The position numbers were made by a program, and so were the translations under genes. The notes below the pieces were generated by a model, which saw only the letters and a program-made list of their open reading frames with translations, was not told where the DNA came from and did not search any database. Shown here piece by piece: positions 63,445 through 64,000 of a DNA stretch of 64,000 nucleotides. The DNA is from Octopus vulgaris (Eukaryota). Within the stretch, counting starts at the first letter, position 1. Each line of letters starts with the position of its first letter. Where the stretch lies: NCBI GenBank assembly GCA_951406725.2, contig OX597830.1, positions 18,600,001 to 18,664,000 on the forward strand. The letters run 5' to 3'.

Positions 63445-64000
63445 CTGTATATAGTTGTTGGTTGGTTGTTACTGTTGTTGTATAACCCCGTGTTGGCTCT
63501 TACTGAGCATGTCGTGAAGATCATACATTTGGCTAAGTTTGTTGTGGGTTGCAAAGAAATCTGTCATTTCAGGACTGGCCATTTGTGTGTGAGAGAAAAT
63601 TTTTTTTTTTTACATCTCAGATGAAGGGATTGTCTAGCAACATCAGATTCTTTCTCTCCCAACAACATATAAATTTATCCAGTCTCATGGATTTCACCAT
63701 GTTATTTTTGATGATGCAGACTACCACCACCCAGTCAACTGCCATCACCACCACCACTGCTATCACCATCTTCACTACCACCACCACCATCTCACTTCCG
63801 TTGCCATCACCATTTTTCTCAGACTCTGATGTTTTTTACCTAAGGCTTGTGTTGTTGTTTAGCCCTAATTTGGCTAACAAACATTAAAAACAAATTTCTT
63901 TTTTTTAGCATAATTGTACCCTTGGGTATTATTATCCAGTGTGTCTCCTTTTTTAACTGGCCAGAGTTTAATGTAAAAGAGATCTATCTGCTCTTTTAAG

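Overview
AT-rich, repeat-dense eukaryotic DNA. The SINE/MITE complement looks like an octopus (coleoid cephalopod) genome; this is recognition from memory, not a database result. I find no intact host CDS. Nearly all tracked ORFs are artefacts of microsatellites or SINEs. The only real coding signals are decayed TE remnants: a CR1-type LINE RT, RTE LINE 3' ends, a mariner transposase and a Jockey/CR1-like RT scrap. The window holds dozens of tRNA-derived SINEs, two piggyBac-type TTAA MITE families, MULE/hAT/Tc1-mariner MITEs, local duplications and palindromes, and a possible non-coding first exon (~20.26-21.03 kb), which would make the downstream DNA a long intron. The most striking signal is a set of at least five unrelated short retroposon families carrying minimal type I (dimer-type) hammerhead ribozyme motifs, two of them with clear Penelope-like insertion architecture. 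One is a 265-nt tRNA-headed (Pol III) hammerhead monomer with a tandem partial repeat, an inverted segment and a TSD (43.3-43.8 kb). Another family carries a G3-C8 compensatory hammerhead core (51.0 and 62.3 kb). Ribozyme activity is inferred from sequence and hand folding only.
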